In this document: in pieces, positions 12,794 to 23,383 of the stretch
Layout of the letters: each line of letters begins with the position of its first letter
How positions within the stretch are numbered: position 1 is the first letter of the stretch
Assembly: GCA_043228905.1 (NCBI GenBank)
Contig: JBHGNT010000009.1
Span: 12,648,001-12,712,000 of the forward strand
From: Azolla caroliniana
Taxonomy: Eukaryota; Plantae; Polypodiophyta
Length of the DNA stretch: 64,000 bases
Reading direction: 5' to 3'
The notes under the pieces: generated by a model
Told to the model about the DNA's origin: nothing
What the model saw: the letters and a program-made list of their open reading frames with translations, nothing else
Database searches by the model: none
Position numbers and translations under genes: made by a program

Positions 12794-14236
12794 TCATAGT
12801 TGTCCCTGTGCCGGTCGGTATCGCTCTTCTCGCCTCCAACGTTCTTCTTCCTCCTCCTTGGTACTCCGTGGTTCGATTTGCCGAACCGGTGGTGCTTGGT
12901 GATTCAACAAATTGTACTCGCACTGTTCCATTGTGTGGTTCCTAGAATGGCACAGTAGACATTGCGACCGCATGGTACATTCTAGTGCTGAGTGTCCGGC
13001 ATTTAGACATGTTGTGCATTGAATGGCTTGTCGAAACCGGAGATCCTCATCGGTTGGTAACGCTCGCTGGAGTGCTCCCATTGTTAGCCAAGAGCTTGTT
13101 TTCTCCATTTCTCTAACCCGGTCGATGACCTGGTCGACAGTACTTGTGCGAAAGTCGATGAGCGTGCATACCGTACGTAGAGGTTCCCGAAGCACGGCTA
13201 AGAATATAGCCCGTGTTTCTTCCTCCGGAGGTGTTCGGGTAAGCTGACTGTGCATCCGTTGAAACCGGATGACAAACTGAGGAATGCTCTCCCGAGGGTC
13301 CTGCCAGATGGTATAAAATAGGCCCACTATTTCTCTCTGGTCCACCTCCTTCTGAAAGAAGTGCAAGAATTTAGCTTTCAGGTCCGCAAAGGTGGTGATG
13401 GTGCTGGGGTCCTGCGTCCGGTGCCATTTGGTGGCCGGTCCTTCCAATGTCATGCCGAATTCGGCTATCTTAGATCGTTCGTCTTCGGCTGCGGTTAATC
13501 GTTGTGACACATGGTTCGCCTCCCATGTTTGTTGAAAAGCGTGAACATGAGCCTCCGCGTCCGGGTCATCCCTATACTTGGGGTACTGGAACGGCATGTC
13601 GTCGTCCGGTGTTAGTGCGCGGGTTGGCGGTGTCAGTGGTCTTTCCTGCTCTTCCGTCGGTGTCGGAGGTCGTTGTTGGTCCTCTGTCGGAGTCGAAGGT
13701 CTTTGTCAGTCCTCTGTTGGAGTCAGAGGTCTTTGTCGGTTCTCCTTCGGTGTTGTCGGCTCGACTTCCGGTGTCGGAGGTCTTTCTTTGTCCTCTTCCA
13801 TCTCTAGAGGTTGCTCCACGTCTAGTGTCGGAGGTTCCCGGTCTGACAATTCTGGTTCCGGTGTCGGTAATGTATCCGACTCCTCGTCCTCCGGTCCTCC
13901 TGGGGTGTCGTTACTGCTGCGATAGTTCATGTGCGCGTTGTAACCCCCTTCCGAATCTGATTCCAGCGCCAAAAATGCTTCGGATTCGCCGTCTCTTCCG
14001 ACCAAGGCCTGGAGAAGGGATTTCGCTTCCTGGAGACTGCTTAAGCTGCTTCCTTCATCCGGGTAGGCGTTCTGTTGCAGACGCAGCGACTCCTCCGCCA
14101 CTTTCCGGATCACTTTGGAAAATGATCGATACGATCTGATTTCTTCTGCCGTTTGTTGGAAAGCCTCTCGCCACCTTCGTCGTTCAGCAAGTCTTCGTGC
14201 TCTCTCCGTAACCGGGTCATCTGTTGGCCTAGTCAT
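12794..14236 (-). pseudogene. G2 gag
   Basis: ORFs 13706-14236 and 12794-13597 share a frame across one stop; retrotransposon gag core plus CTTCLNAGH and CLLCHSRNH knuckles. Confidence 0.8.
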
Positions 14237-14291
14237 CCATTCCCGCCGTTGTTCACTGTGATTGTGCAGGAATCGTGGTCGCCAAAATCTG

Positions 14292-14737
14292 TGTTAATCC
14301 TTAGGGCCGGACAACAACCTAACACAGGGTGTCCACTTAAGACACTTCACCAAAGGGTGTTACGGCGAGGTAACTTACGACACAACGCTTAATTGGACCT
14401 TAATCGGTTACTTAGCAATACGTCATTAACACGCGTAAGATATACAATAAGTACAGAATGGTGAACAATACTCAATGATTAAACAAAAGGTTTATATTAC
14501 TCTCCGTTAATGACTACATTGTAACCAGGCCTTTATATAGGTCACCGGTGCGAAGTACAAAACGGTGCCAACCGGCACCTATTCGGGATCGGTCCAGATC
14601 CGGATCGGCATACCGATTCCGGTCCGTCTGTCCACATCTTCTCTTATATTAATATATATATTAAGACTAGTAATTTCAACAAATTCCCAAATAACAATTC
14701 CCCTTTTCACACCCTCATATTTGTCGGTCGGGTAACA
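14292..14737 (-). repeat. 5' LTR of G2
   Basis: TGTTA...TAACA termini, TATA-like cctatataaagg, PBS-like TGGCGACC a few bases inside; inner boundary uncertain by 2 bp. Confidence 0.7.
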
Positions 14738-15342
14738 TCTGTTGGTATATCCAGTAGTGACATGGAAATTGCGACATGTAACCTCGATAGAATGAGGACT
14801 TTTCAATCCATACCAAAAACCTCAACGACTTATGATGCGCCTGATCGAGATGTTCTCTATAGAAGGAGATTGGATATGAGACCTGTTTTCTGGCACAGGT
14901 ATTCCTCGAACTAGGTTTACGTTGTTGGGATAACCAATATTGACTCTTATTTGTTTGAAAACTAATTCTTCTTATTGCTTTCTTCACAGGGACAACGTCT
15001 GCATGTGCATTGAAGCTCTTCAAAAACACAATTGCATTGGAGAAGGACGAGGAGCAGGTTGTATTTATAAACATGAGGATTAAGGCTTTGTGGGAGTGCC
15101 CAGACCAGGACGAGGAGGTCAGTGCAAAGCATGTCGCTAATACCAAAAGGTTTCAACCTGCTTCGTGAGAGCCTATTCCTCCATTAGCCGGGGATTCAGG
15201 GGAGCTAATTGAGCTTGTTGATGAGCTTATAGAAGATCTTACGGTTGCTCGGCTATCAGGGGAAGACAATGCACGTATCGTTAAAGAGACTTCTATAAGA
15301 GATGAAAAAGATAATGACATAGATTATTTAATTGTTATGTAA
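14738..15342 (+). pseudogene. Last two exons of the ParB-methyltransferase gene (copy A)
   Basis: NPYQKPQRLM..LIEMFSIEGDWI*DLFSGT | 91-bp GT-AG intron 14899-14989 | GTTSACALKLFKNTIALEKDEEQ; in-frame TGA stops. Confidence 0.8.
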
Positions 15343-16278
15343 TAGACCCTTTTGTTGACGAAATGTAATGTTTTGAATTCACATTACTAATACAAATTTT
15401 GGGTTCTACTTTGTGTACTCCATTCTTTATAGTCTTCTATATGTTTCAATTTTATTTCTATATACTTGGTTTGTTGACTTATGTCATTGGTTTCACCATG
15501 TGTATTGCTAACTACCAATATGGAGAAACATGAATTAGTTTACATTAAGGTTGATTGTGGTCAAACTTTACCTACACATAACATTCTCGTAGAATTGTCG
15601 CCATGACTATCCATGTTATTATTTGTAATCAATTTTCAAGACTGTCATTCTGTGTCTAATATATACCAATCCATATATTATGGATCTTTATCTTCTATTG
15701 CTAAAACTATTATGTTTCTATTCTATTGCCACTTACATTGTGTAGTGTGTTGATAATGGTCAATGCCACGTTGTCCCATTAGTTGCATGACATTGGAGCA
15801 CACCTCTCAGCAATATCCGCATGTTTTTATACGCTTGTAGTCCACTAGTGTGTTCATTCGGAGTTTGTTTCCATGTGAATCACCTAAGGAATAGACTAGA
15901 TCAATTTTAAATACAAGTATTGTCAAGCTTAATTCGTTTGTTTTTTCCATCACATTATCCTAAAGTTCATTGTGTTACATTGTCCACAATTATATACATA
16001 CGGTTTTATCCCATGCAAACAAACTAAGGAATAGATTAGATCAACTATAAATACAAGTATTAAATACCTTACTAAGTTTGTTATTCCAACCACATTATCC
16101 TAAAGTTCACTATCCTACATTGTCCACAATTATATACATACGAGTGTGGGTCAAAGTATAAATTATAACTCATTTTATTAATTTGGTTACAAACAAGTAC
16201 ACCTCATATTTTTGCAAAACTTACCAAAAAAATAAAAGTAGTTAACTGAGTGTTTGACATGTCGCACAATAGTGAGAT

Positions 16279-16657
16279 TGTTGAGAATCAAGCTCAACTT
16301 GGTCTAGTGTGTGAACTCACCTTGAGAGTGAAGACACACTCCAACGGTCAAGAGTCACCATTATGTCACCACTTTGTATTCTAGCATTTAGTATGAGTCA
16401 TAGAATCATATTCTATGACACATAACTTATGAACTTCCACATTCCCCATGCTCCATGAGTCTTGTAGTTAATGAAGAGAGAGGGTGACCACATAAAGTAC
16501 CCTCCTCCCACCTTGTATTATGTTGAGTCTTTCTCCTTTGTCAATATACATTTACCTTGCGTATTCTCTCTCTCTCTCTCTCTCTCTCCTACACACACAC
16601 ACACACAGAGTTCACACCTATTCCGCTTCACAAGAATCCATCTCTTGATTCTTTACA
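16279..16657 (+). repeat. 5' LTR of copia B
   Basis: TGTTG..TTACA; contains (CT)n(CA)n. Confidence 0.93.
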
Positions 16658-16816
16658 TGGTATCAGAGCGATTTGGTAGCTCGATCTAGCCCATTCACCT
16701 CATCGTGATCGTGTGTTGTGCTCTACGCCGACAACCAAGAACCGGCTCATAGCTATCATAGCTTCGCTACATAGCTCGCATTCTAAGAGAGAAGAAGAAG
16801 AAGAAGAATCGACATA

Positions 16817-17571
16817 ATGAATACTCAAATGGGGAGCGCTCTCCCGACCGAGAAGTTGGATCGAAACAACTTCGCATCTTGGGAGTACAAGATGCACCAA
16901 TACCTTGTCGGACAAGGCTATTGGAGCTACATCAAAGGAGCGCATGAAGACCGACCCGCCGAAACGGCTCCCGGATACGCGACATGGGAGCAAGCCGCAA
17001 GCCGCGTGATGTATTGTTTGGTGACATGTGTTCACGACCACATGCTTGGTTACATTCGAGAAGCCAAGACGCCGAAGGAAGCGTGGGAAAATCTACAAAA
17101 GATTTTTTCCACCAACACAACCGCGAGGAAGCTTCAACTCCGCCAAGAGTTGAACAACATTCAACAAAGGGACATGTCCATCACGACATACACCTTGAAG
17201 ATCAAGGAGCTTTGCGACTCGCCCGGCTCAATAAGCGTAAGTATAGATGATGATGAGATGGTGCAAATATGCCTCGGCGGCCTCACACCACGGTTCGGCG
17301 CAATGCGAACCGCCATTCTAGCACAGGAGAAATCTCCCTCCTTCTTCAAGCTCCAATAAATGCTATTGGTCGAAGAAAACCACATGCGTACAAGGAGCAA
17401 TGAGTCGGAAGGCCACATGCTCTACACGCACTCTAATGGAGGAAGAGGATGCGGACGAGCGAGAGGCCGATTTGGCCAAGGACAAGGCGGACAAGGTCCG
17501 ACCTACGACAACAACTCCCAATTTCGGTTGCAAAACGGAGGCCAACGAGGAACCTTCGCAAGAAGGGGGAG
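16817..17571 (+). pseudogene. copia B gag, 5' part
   Basis: LPTEKLDRNNFASWEYKM...ARKLQLRQEL, homologous to copia A gag; one internal stop. Confidence 0.88.
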
Positions 17572-17862
17572 TGTCATGGCAAGACTCGAACCCATGACCT
17601 TATGCTACATGGGTCGAGGTCTTACCATTAGACTATACATTATAAGTTGTAGGATATTATTTTCATTTATGTTTTATTTTAGAAATTGATGTATATTCCA
17701 GATTTCTCTGGAACATTCTAGAAGCTTCAGGATTACTCTTAGAAATACTATAAAAGAGGGCACTAGGCGTTATGTTGAACCAAATTGGTTCAACGCCAGT
17801 CTTAAGCCTTCTAGCCACAGTTGTACATTCTCTTCACGTAATACATATATTTCTCTCATCAT

Positions 17863-17904
<42 letters not shown>

Positions 17905-18048
17905 GTCTCGCTCACTTCTTCCTTCTCTCTCAAGAAGTTCTACACCCCTCATAGTACTAATCCTTCGTTTAGTACTAATCCCTTCTCTGTAGTACTAATC
18001 CTTCGTTTAGTACTAATTCCGTCTCCGTCTTACTACTGATTCCTGACA
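17572..18048 (+). repeat. 5' LTR of chromovirus copy 1
   Basis: TGTCA..TGACA; TATAAAA at 17749-17755; (CT)n; tagtactaatcc repeats in U5. Confidence 0.97.
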
Positions 18049-18050
18049 GT

Positions 18051-18062
18051 TTGAACCAATTT
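18051..18062 (+). promoter_or_regulatory. Self-priming PBS (Tf1 type)
   Basis: TTGAACCAATTT is the exact complement of LTR 17782-17793; no TGG tRNA PBS. Confidence 0.75.
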
Positions 18063-18129
18063 TCCCTTCCTCTCCCTCTTATCTCTCCCCTTTCCTACTA
18101 GTCTCTTAATTCCTCTTCTCTTTCATCCC

Positions 18130-19329
18130 ATGGCCACTGTTAGCGCTGAAGAATATCAATCCGTTTTTTCGGAGTTTCAATGTTTGAAGGAGAAATTTCA
18201 TGCTTTGGAACAAGAAAACCAACGGTTGCTGGGGGATCTTCAACAAATCTCCTTAGAAAAACAGCAAACGCAGCAACAGCATGGGGAACTTGCGTTACGC
18301 GTACAACAACTCGAAGCAACCATCGTGGCGATGCAACAACACGGGCCCGCAACACAAAGAACTCATAAAGAACCCAAGATTGGCCTTCCCACGAAGTTTG
18401 ATGGAACGCGATCGCAGTTTAGAGGGTTCCTTAATCAGGTACGACTAGTTATTCAAATGCATCCTTGTCGATATCCCACCGATGCATCACGAGTGGGTTT
18501 AGTAGGAACTTTATTAAGTGGCTCAGCGTTGGCGTGGTTCGCTCCCCTATTAGAAAAGGAATCCCCGTTGCTCAATAATTTTGAAGAATTTATCGGTGAG
18601 TTTAAAGCATGTTTCGGAGATACTGACAGCATCAGAACCGCAATCAACAAAATTCGGCGATTACGTCAAGGTGATCGTCCAGCCTCCGCATACGCTGCAG
18701 ATTTTCGCCTACTCGCCGCCGATATTCCTTGGGATGATCAAGCGTTAATGGAGCAATTCCGTTACGGTTTACGCAACGATGTCAAGGATTTACTCTTGAC
18801 CTTCCCCGAAGAGCCGAAGTCCTTAACAGAAGCAATTAGTCGCGCGGTAAGATGCGACAACCGTCTATTTGAGCGTCGTTCGGAACGACAACTACAGATG
18901 CCGAGGGCAAGATCGGAGCCCACCTACGCCTCAGTGACATCAAGACCTTTTCCGAGGGAGTCATACCTTGCACCTCCAGCGAATACTCCGACTCCGATGG
19001 AGATTGACACAACACGTCGTCGAGGGCCATTATCCGAAGAGGAAAAGCAGCGACGTCGTACAAATCGACTATGTCTTTACTGCGGTGGACCAGGACACAT
19101 TGCAATAAATTGTCCCCATAGGCCAAAAAGGCAGGTAAACCAAATTACTGCTAGTACTAATAGTACTAAACCTGAGTCTATTGCCTTAGCTACGCATGAT
19201 AGTTTTAACAGTACTAAAACCGAGTCTATTTCCCTAGGTGTGCATGATAGTCCTAATAGTACTTACAGTCCGAACCTAGCAAACAAATTTGATGTCCTTA
19301 GTCAGTTAGAAGAAGAGTTAAACGACTAA
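18130..19329 (+). CDS. gag: Gag (399 aa)
   Basis: PTKFDGTR, LLSGSALAW, LRQG, PTPMEID, CLYCGGPGHIAINC knuckle. Confidence 0.95.
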   Translation: MATVSAEEYQSVFSEFQCLKEKFHALEQENQRLLGDLQQISLEKQQTQQQHGELALRVQQLEATIVAMQQHGPATQRTHKEPKIGLPTKFDGTRSQFRGFLNQVRLVIQMHPCRYPTDASRVGLVGTLLSGSALAWFAPLLEKESPLLNNFEEFIGEFKACFGDTDSIRTAINKIRRLRQGDRPASAYAADFRLLAADIPWDDQALMEQFRYGLRNDVKDLLLTFPEEPKSLTEAISRAVRCDNRLFERRSERQLQMPRARSEPTYASVTSRPFPRESYLAPPANTPTPMEIDTTRRRGPLSEEEKQRRRTNRLCLYCGGPGHIAINCPHRPKRQVNQITASTNSTKPESIALATHDSFNSTKTESISLGVHDSPNSTYSPNLANKFDVLSQLEEELND

Positions 19330-19361
19330 GTCCAGCCAAAATAGGAGCCGTTTGGTTGGAC
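19317..19361 (+). promoter_or_regulatory. Putative -1 ribosomal frameshift signal (gag-pol)
   Basis: G TTA AAC in gag phase, 6-nt spacer, 11-bp stem 19330-19340/19351-19361; pol lies in the -1 frame. Confidence 0.7.
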
Positions 19362-22300
19362 AGCCCTAGATCTGTGCAGCCCACTAGTGGTTCCATTTCC
19401 TCTAAGCAAGTTAGCAATGTGTTCGTAGCCCAAGTAGCCGTTAGTACTAAAAGTACCCCTCCAGTACATGTCTTAGCACTCCTAGATTCCGGAGCAAACT
19501 CTTGCTTTATGGATAAGAATTTTGCCCAAGCTCATCAGATATCTCTTAGAAAACTCTCGTGTCCAGCCTCCGTAGTAGTCATTGATGGTCGTCCCATTGC
19601 TTCCGGAAATATCATAGAAGAATCAGAGCCCGTTAATGTTGTCCTAGATAATCTAGCATGTGTAATATCATTTAATATAATTAGTATTCCAGAACATCCC
19701 ATAGTTTTAGGATTACCATGGTTTGAGTTACATAACCCAGACATAGATTGGAGGACAAGGAAAATTCAGTTTCGACAAACCCAAGGATCTACCCAGAAGA
19801 TTGCAACCATTTCACTACATCAGTTGCGTGAGGAAGGGCACAAGGAGGACATGTTTCTCTTCGCAATATCAGTACAACCCTCCAGCACCACCAAAGAGGA
19901 GTCCATCGTTCAACTTCCCGAGAAGTATCGTCAGTATGCTGATGTGTTCGATAAAATACAAGCCAACACACTTCCTCATCATCGACCGTACGATTGCCCC
20001 ATCGATCTACAACCAGGAAAGGAGCCGCCATGGGGGCCAATCTACAATTTGTCACCTACGGAGCTAGAAGTCCTTCGAGCCTACATAGAGGAGAATTTGG
20101 CTAATGGTTTCATTCGGCATTCAAAATCTCCCGCAGGCGCACCTATTTTCTTCGTCAAGAAGAAGGACGGATCTCTTCGCCTTGTTGTCGACTATCGTGG
20201 CTTAAATAAAGTCACCATCAGGAATAGGTATGCACTGCCCCTTATCTCAAGTCTTTTAGAACGGATCAATGGTGCCAGGTTCTTCACGAAGATCGACTTA
20301 CGAGGAGCATATAACCTCGTACGAATTCGACCAGGAGACGAATGGAAGACGGCGTTTCGTACTAGATACGGGCACTTCGAGTATACAGTCATGCCGTTCG
20401 GTCTCACCAATGCGCCGGCAGTCTTCCAGCACATGGCAAACGATATATTCCGAGACCTGTTGGATAATTTTTTGATCATCTACTTGGATGATCTATTGGT
20501 TTATTCGAAGACCCAGGAAGAGCATGATTCTCATGTACTATCAGTACTAAAACGACTTCGAGAACATGGTCTGTATGCAAAACTAGAAAAATGTAGTTTC
20601 GGGTGCAACCAGGTGGAATTTCTCGGCTATGTCATCTCCTCAGAAGGCATCTCCATGGACCCAGCTAAAGTCAAAACGGTGGTGGATTGGCAGACTCCGC
20701 GTTCGGTGCGGGATGTGCAGTGTTTTCTAGGCTTTGCCAATTTTTACCGGAAGTTCATACAAGATTACTCAAGGATCGTTCTGCCTCTCACACAGCTTAC
20801 CAGAAAGGGGCAAGCGTTCATTTGGTCTGAAGAAACAGACTTGGCTTTCGAGAATCTGAAAAAGGCGTTTACATCAGCTCCAATTCTGGGTCATGTCGAT
20901 CCAGAAAAACCATTCATTATCGAAGCTGACGCATCGGATTTCGCATTGGGGAGCATTCTGTCACAACATGGTAATGACGAGAAGCTACATCCTGTGGCTT
21001 TTCATTCACGAAAGTTTGACGCCGCCGAAATCAACTACGAGATACATGATAAGGAACTCTTGGCAATAGTGGATTCATTTATGCAATGGAGGCATTTCCT
21101 AGAGGGATCCCCTCACCCAGTCACTGTATTCAGTGACCACAAGAACCTTGCCTACTTTCAGGATGCTCGTGTGCTGAATCGACGTCAAGCCCGGTGGGCC
21201 CACTTCCTCACACGTTTCGACTTCAAAATTACTTATCGACCGGGGAAGCACCAAGGGAAGGCGGATGCATTATCACGACGTTCATATCTAGCACCGCGTC
21301 CCGGCGAGCCAGCCTTCGATAACCAAAAGCAAGTCATCTTGGGACCGGCACGACTACAAGCAGCACAGATCTTCGACATGCCCATGGATTCTCGCGTTAT
21401 CGATACCATACGGGAGGACTTGAAGACGGATGCATTCGCCCAAGCCATTCTAAAACAAATCGATCCCTCTCAAGCATCTTGTTCGGAATCGCAACAACCA
21501 GGTACGGATTATCGGCAATTCCAATACCATGATGGATTACTATTTTTTAAGACACTCTTGTATGTTCCTAATGGTACTGGTCGCCTTCAAGTAGTCCAAA
21601 GCTGTCATGATACATATACTGCTGGGCATTTTGGTAGTACTAAAACATTAGATTTAGTACAACGCTCATTCTGGTGGCCCCACATGCGACAATTTGTCGA
21701 AGATTTTGTTCGGACTTGTGATACATGTTGCAGGGCAAAAATGCCAAGGCATCATCCATATGGTTTGTTAGAACCATTACCAATTCCGAGTAAGCCGTGG
21801 CAATCCATTGCTCTAGATTTCATCACGGACCTCCCGATGTCTAAGGGATTCGATGCGATCTTAACAGTCGTAGATCGCTATACGAAGATGGCTCATTTCC
21901 TACCATGTACTAAAGAAATATCCAGTGAAGGAACCGCCGAGATTGTTATGCGCGAAGTATGTCGGCATCACGGCCTCCCTGATAGCATCATCAGCGATCG
22001 TGGACCCCAATTCGTTTCGAAGTTTTGGAAGCACTTCTTTAAAATGCTTCAAGTGACTTGTAACCTTTCCTCCGGCTACCACCCGCAAACAGACGGCCAG
22101 GCAGAACGAACAAATCAAACGTTGGAGCAGTATCTTCGGTGTTTTCTAAGTTACCATCAAGATGATTGGGCAGATATTCTCCATTTCGCCGAGTTTGCAT
22201 ATAACAACTCCGTCCACTCCTCAACAAAGGTTACCCCATTTTATGCTTACACAGGTTGTCATCCCCGATGGTGTGTAGTTGAAACCCCAGAATTGCCCAC

Positions 22301-22895
22301 GAATCCTTGCGCAGAGGATCGTTTGGAGCGATTACACAAGATACAAGCGGATCTATCTACTCAGCTCCAGCAAGCTCAACAAGCACACAAGGTTTATGCG
22401 GATCGTCATCGACTTCCATCCAGTTTTGACATTGGCGATCGGGTATGGCTGCTTCGACGACACGTCAAGACTACTCGCCCATGTGAGAAGTTGGACTATC
22501 GGCGGTTAGGTCCTTTCCGTATTATCGGGAAGATTAATGATGTTGCTTTTCGGCTCGAACTCCCTCCGCACCTTCGGATTCATCCGGTGTTCCATAGTTC
22601 TCTCCTCGAACCCTATCGCGAAAGCACCATTCCAGGCCGTATTCCACCACCTCCACCCCCGATCGAGCTTGAAGATGGACCTGAGTACGAGGTTGCCGCC
22701 ATCCTTGATTCCAAGATTACTCGCAACAAGCTCTACTATCTAGTCGATTGGCTAGGATATAGTCCCAGCGAGCGTACTTGGGAGCCGATCGAGAATGTGA
22801 CCAATGCTCGTGCTCTTCTCGAAGACTTCCATCGTCGATATCCACACAAACCGGGTCCTCAATCCAAAACGACTCGTGACACTCGTCGTTTTTAA
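19356..22895 (+). CDS. pol: Pol: PR-RT-RNase H-integrase-chromodomain (frame open from 19302)
   Basis: LLDSGA, YLDD, EADASD, HDTYTAGH/CDTC, ISDRG, GPF motif, YEVAAILDS..YLVDWLGY..TWEP chromodomain. Confidence 0.96.
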   Translation: MDSPRSVQPTSGSISSKQVSNVFVAQVAVSTKSTPPVHVLALLDSGANSCFMDKNFAQAHQISLRKLSCPASVVVIDGRPIASGNIIEESEPVNVVLDNLACVISFNIISIPEHPIVLGLPWFELHNPDIDWRTRKIQFRQTQGSTQKIATISLHQLREEGHKEDMFLFAISVQPSSTTKEESIVQLPEKYRQYADVFDKIQANTLPHHRPYDCPIDLQPGKEPPWGPIYNLSPTELEVLRAYIEENLANGFIRHSKSPAGAPIFFVKKKDGSLRLVVDYRGLNKVTIRNRYALPLISSLLERINGARFFTKIDLRGAYNLVRIRPGDEWKTAFRTRYGHFEYTVMPFGLTNAPAVFQHMANDIFRDLLDNFLIIYLDDLLVYSKTQEEHDSHVLSVLKRLREHGLYAKLEKCSFGCNQVEFLGYVISSEGISMDPAKVKTVVDWQTPRSVRDVQCFLGFANFYRKFIQDYSRIVLPLTQLTRKGQAFIWSEETDLAFENLKKAFTSAPILGHVDPEKPFIIEADASDFALGSILSQHGNDEKLHPVAFHSRKFDAAEINYEIHDKELLAIVDSFMQWRHFLEGSPHPVTVFSDHKNLAYFQDARVLNRRQARWAHFLTRFDFKITYRPGKHQGKADALSRRSYLAPRPGEPAFDNQKQVILGPARLQAAQIFDMPMDSRVIDTIREDLKTDAFAQAILKQIDPSQASCSESQQPGTDYRQFQYHDGLLFFKTLLYVPNGTGRLQVVQSCHDTYTAGHFGSTKTLDLVQRSFWWPHMRQFVEDFVRTCDTCCRAKMPRHHPYGLLEPLPIPSKPWQSIALDFITDLPMSKGFDAILTVVDRYTKMAHFLPCTKEISSEGTAEIVMREVCRHHGLPDSIISDRGPQFVSKFWKHFFKMLQVTCNLSSGYHPQTDGQAERTNQTLEQYLRCFLSYHQDDWADILHFAEFAYNNSVHSSTKVTPFYAYTGCHPRWCVVETPELPTNPCAEDRLERLHKIQADLSTQLQQAQQAHKVYADRHRLPSSFDIGDRVWLLRRHVKTTRPCEKLDYRRLGPFRIIGKINDVAFRLELPPHLRIHPVFHSSLLEPYRESTIPGRIPPPPPPIELEDGPEYEVAAILDSKITRNKLYYLVDWLGYSPSERTWEPIENVTNARALLEDFHRRYPHKPGPQSKTTRDTRRF

Positions 22896-22906
22896 GGGGG
22901 GGATAG

Positions 22907-23197
22907 TGTCATGGCAAGACTCGAACCCATGACCTTATGCTACATGGGTCGAGGTCTTACCATTAGACTATACATTATAAGTTGTAGGATATTATTTTCA
23001 TTTATGTTTTATTTTAGAAATTGATGTATATTCCAGATTTCTCTGGAACATTCTAGAAGCTTCAGGATTACTCTTAGAAATACTATAAAAGAGGGCACTA
23101 GGCGTTATGTTGAACCAAATTGGTTCAACGCCAGTCTTAAGCCTTCTAGCCACAGTTGTACATTCTCTTCACGTAATACATATATTTCTCTCATCAT

Positions 23198-23239
<42 letters not shown>

Positions 23240-23383
23240 GTCTCGCTCACTTCTTCCTTCTCTCTCAAGAAGTTCTACACCCCTCATAGTACTAATCCTT
23301 CGTTTAGTACTAATCCCTTCTCTGTAGTACTAATCCTTCGTTTAGTACTAATTCCGTCTCCGTCTTACTACTGATTCCTGACA
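22907..23383 (+). repeat. 3' LTR of chromovirus copy 1
   Basis: Direct repeat of 17572-18048. Confidence 0.97.

Larger units (their letters stand above)
8436..14737 (-). mobile_element. Ty3/gypsy element G2 (non-chromovirus) with an extra 3' ORF; 3' end lost
   Basis: 5' LTR TGTTA..TAACA, PBS TGGCGACC, gag, PR, partial RT, RH, INT and a further ORF, all on the minus strand. Confidence 0.85.
17572..23383 (+). mobile_element. Ty3/gypsy chromovirus (Tcn1/Tf1-sushi-like), copy 1, apparently intact
   Basis: Two 477-bp LTRs identical by eye, TSD GGGAG, PPT aagggggggatag, uninterrupted gag and pol with chromodomain. Confidence 0.97.

Noticed and set aside
17560-17571. PPT-like purine run before the chromovirus 5' LTR
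   Set aside because: It is copia B gag sequence including the GGGAG TSD.
17770-17954. ERERER / LSLSLS ORFs in LTRs
   Set aside because: Translations of (CT)n microsatellites.
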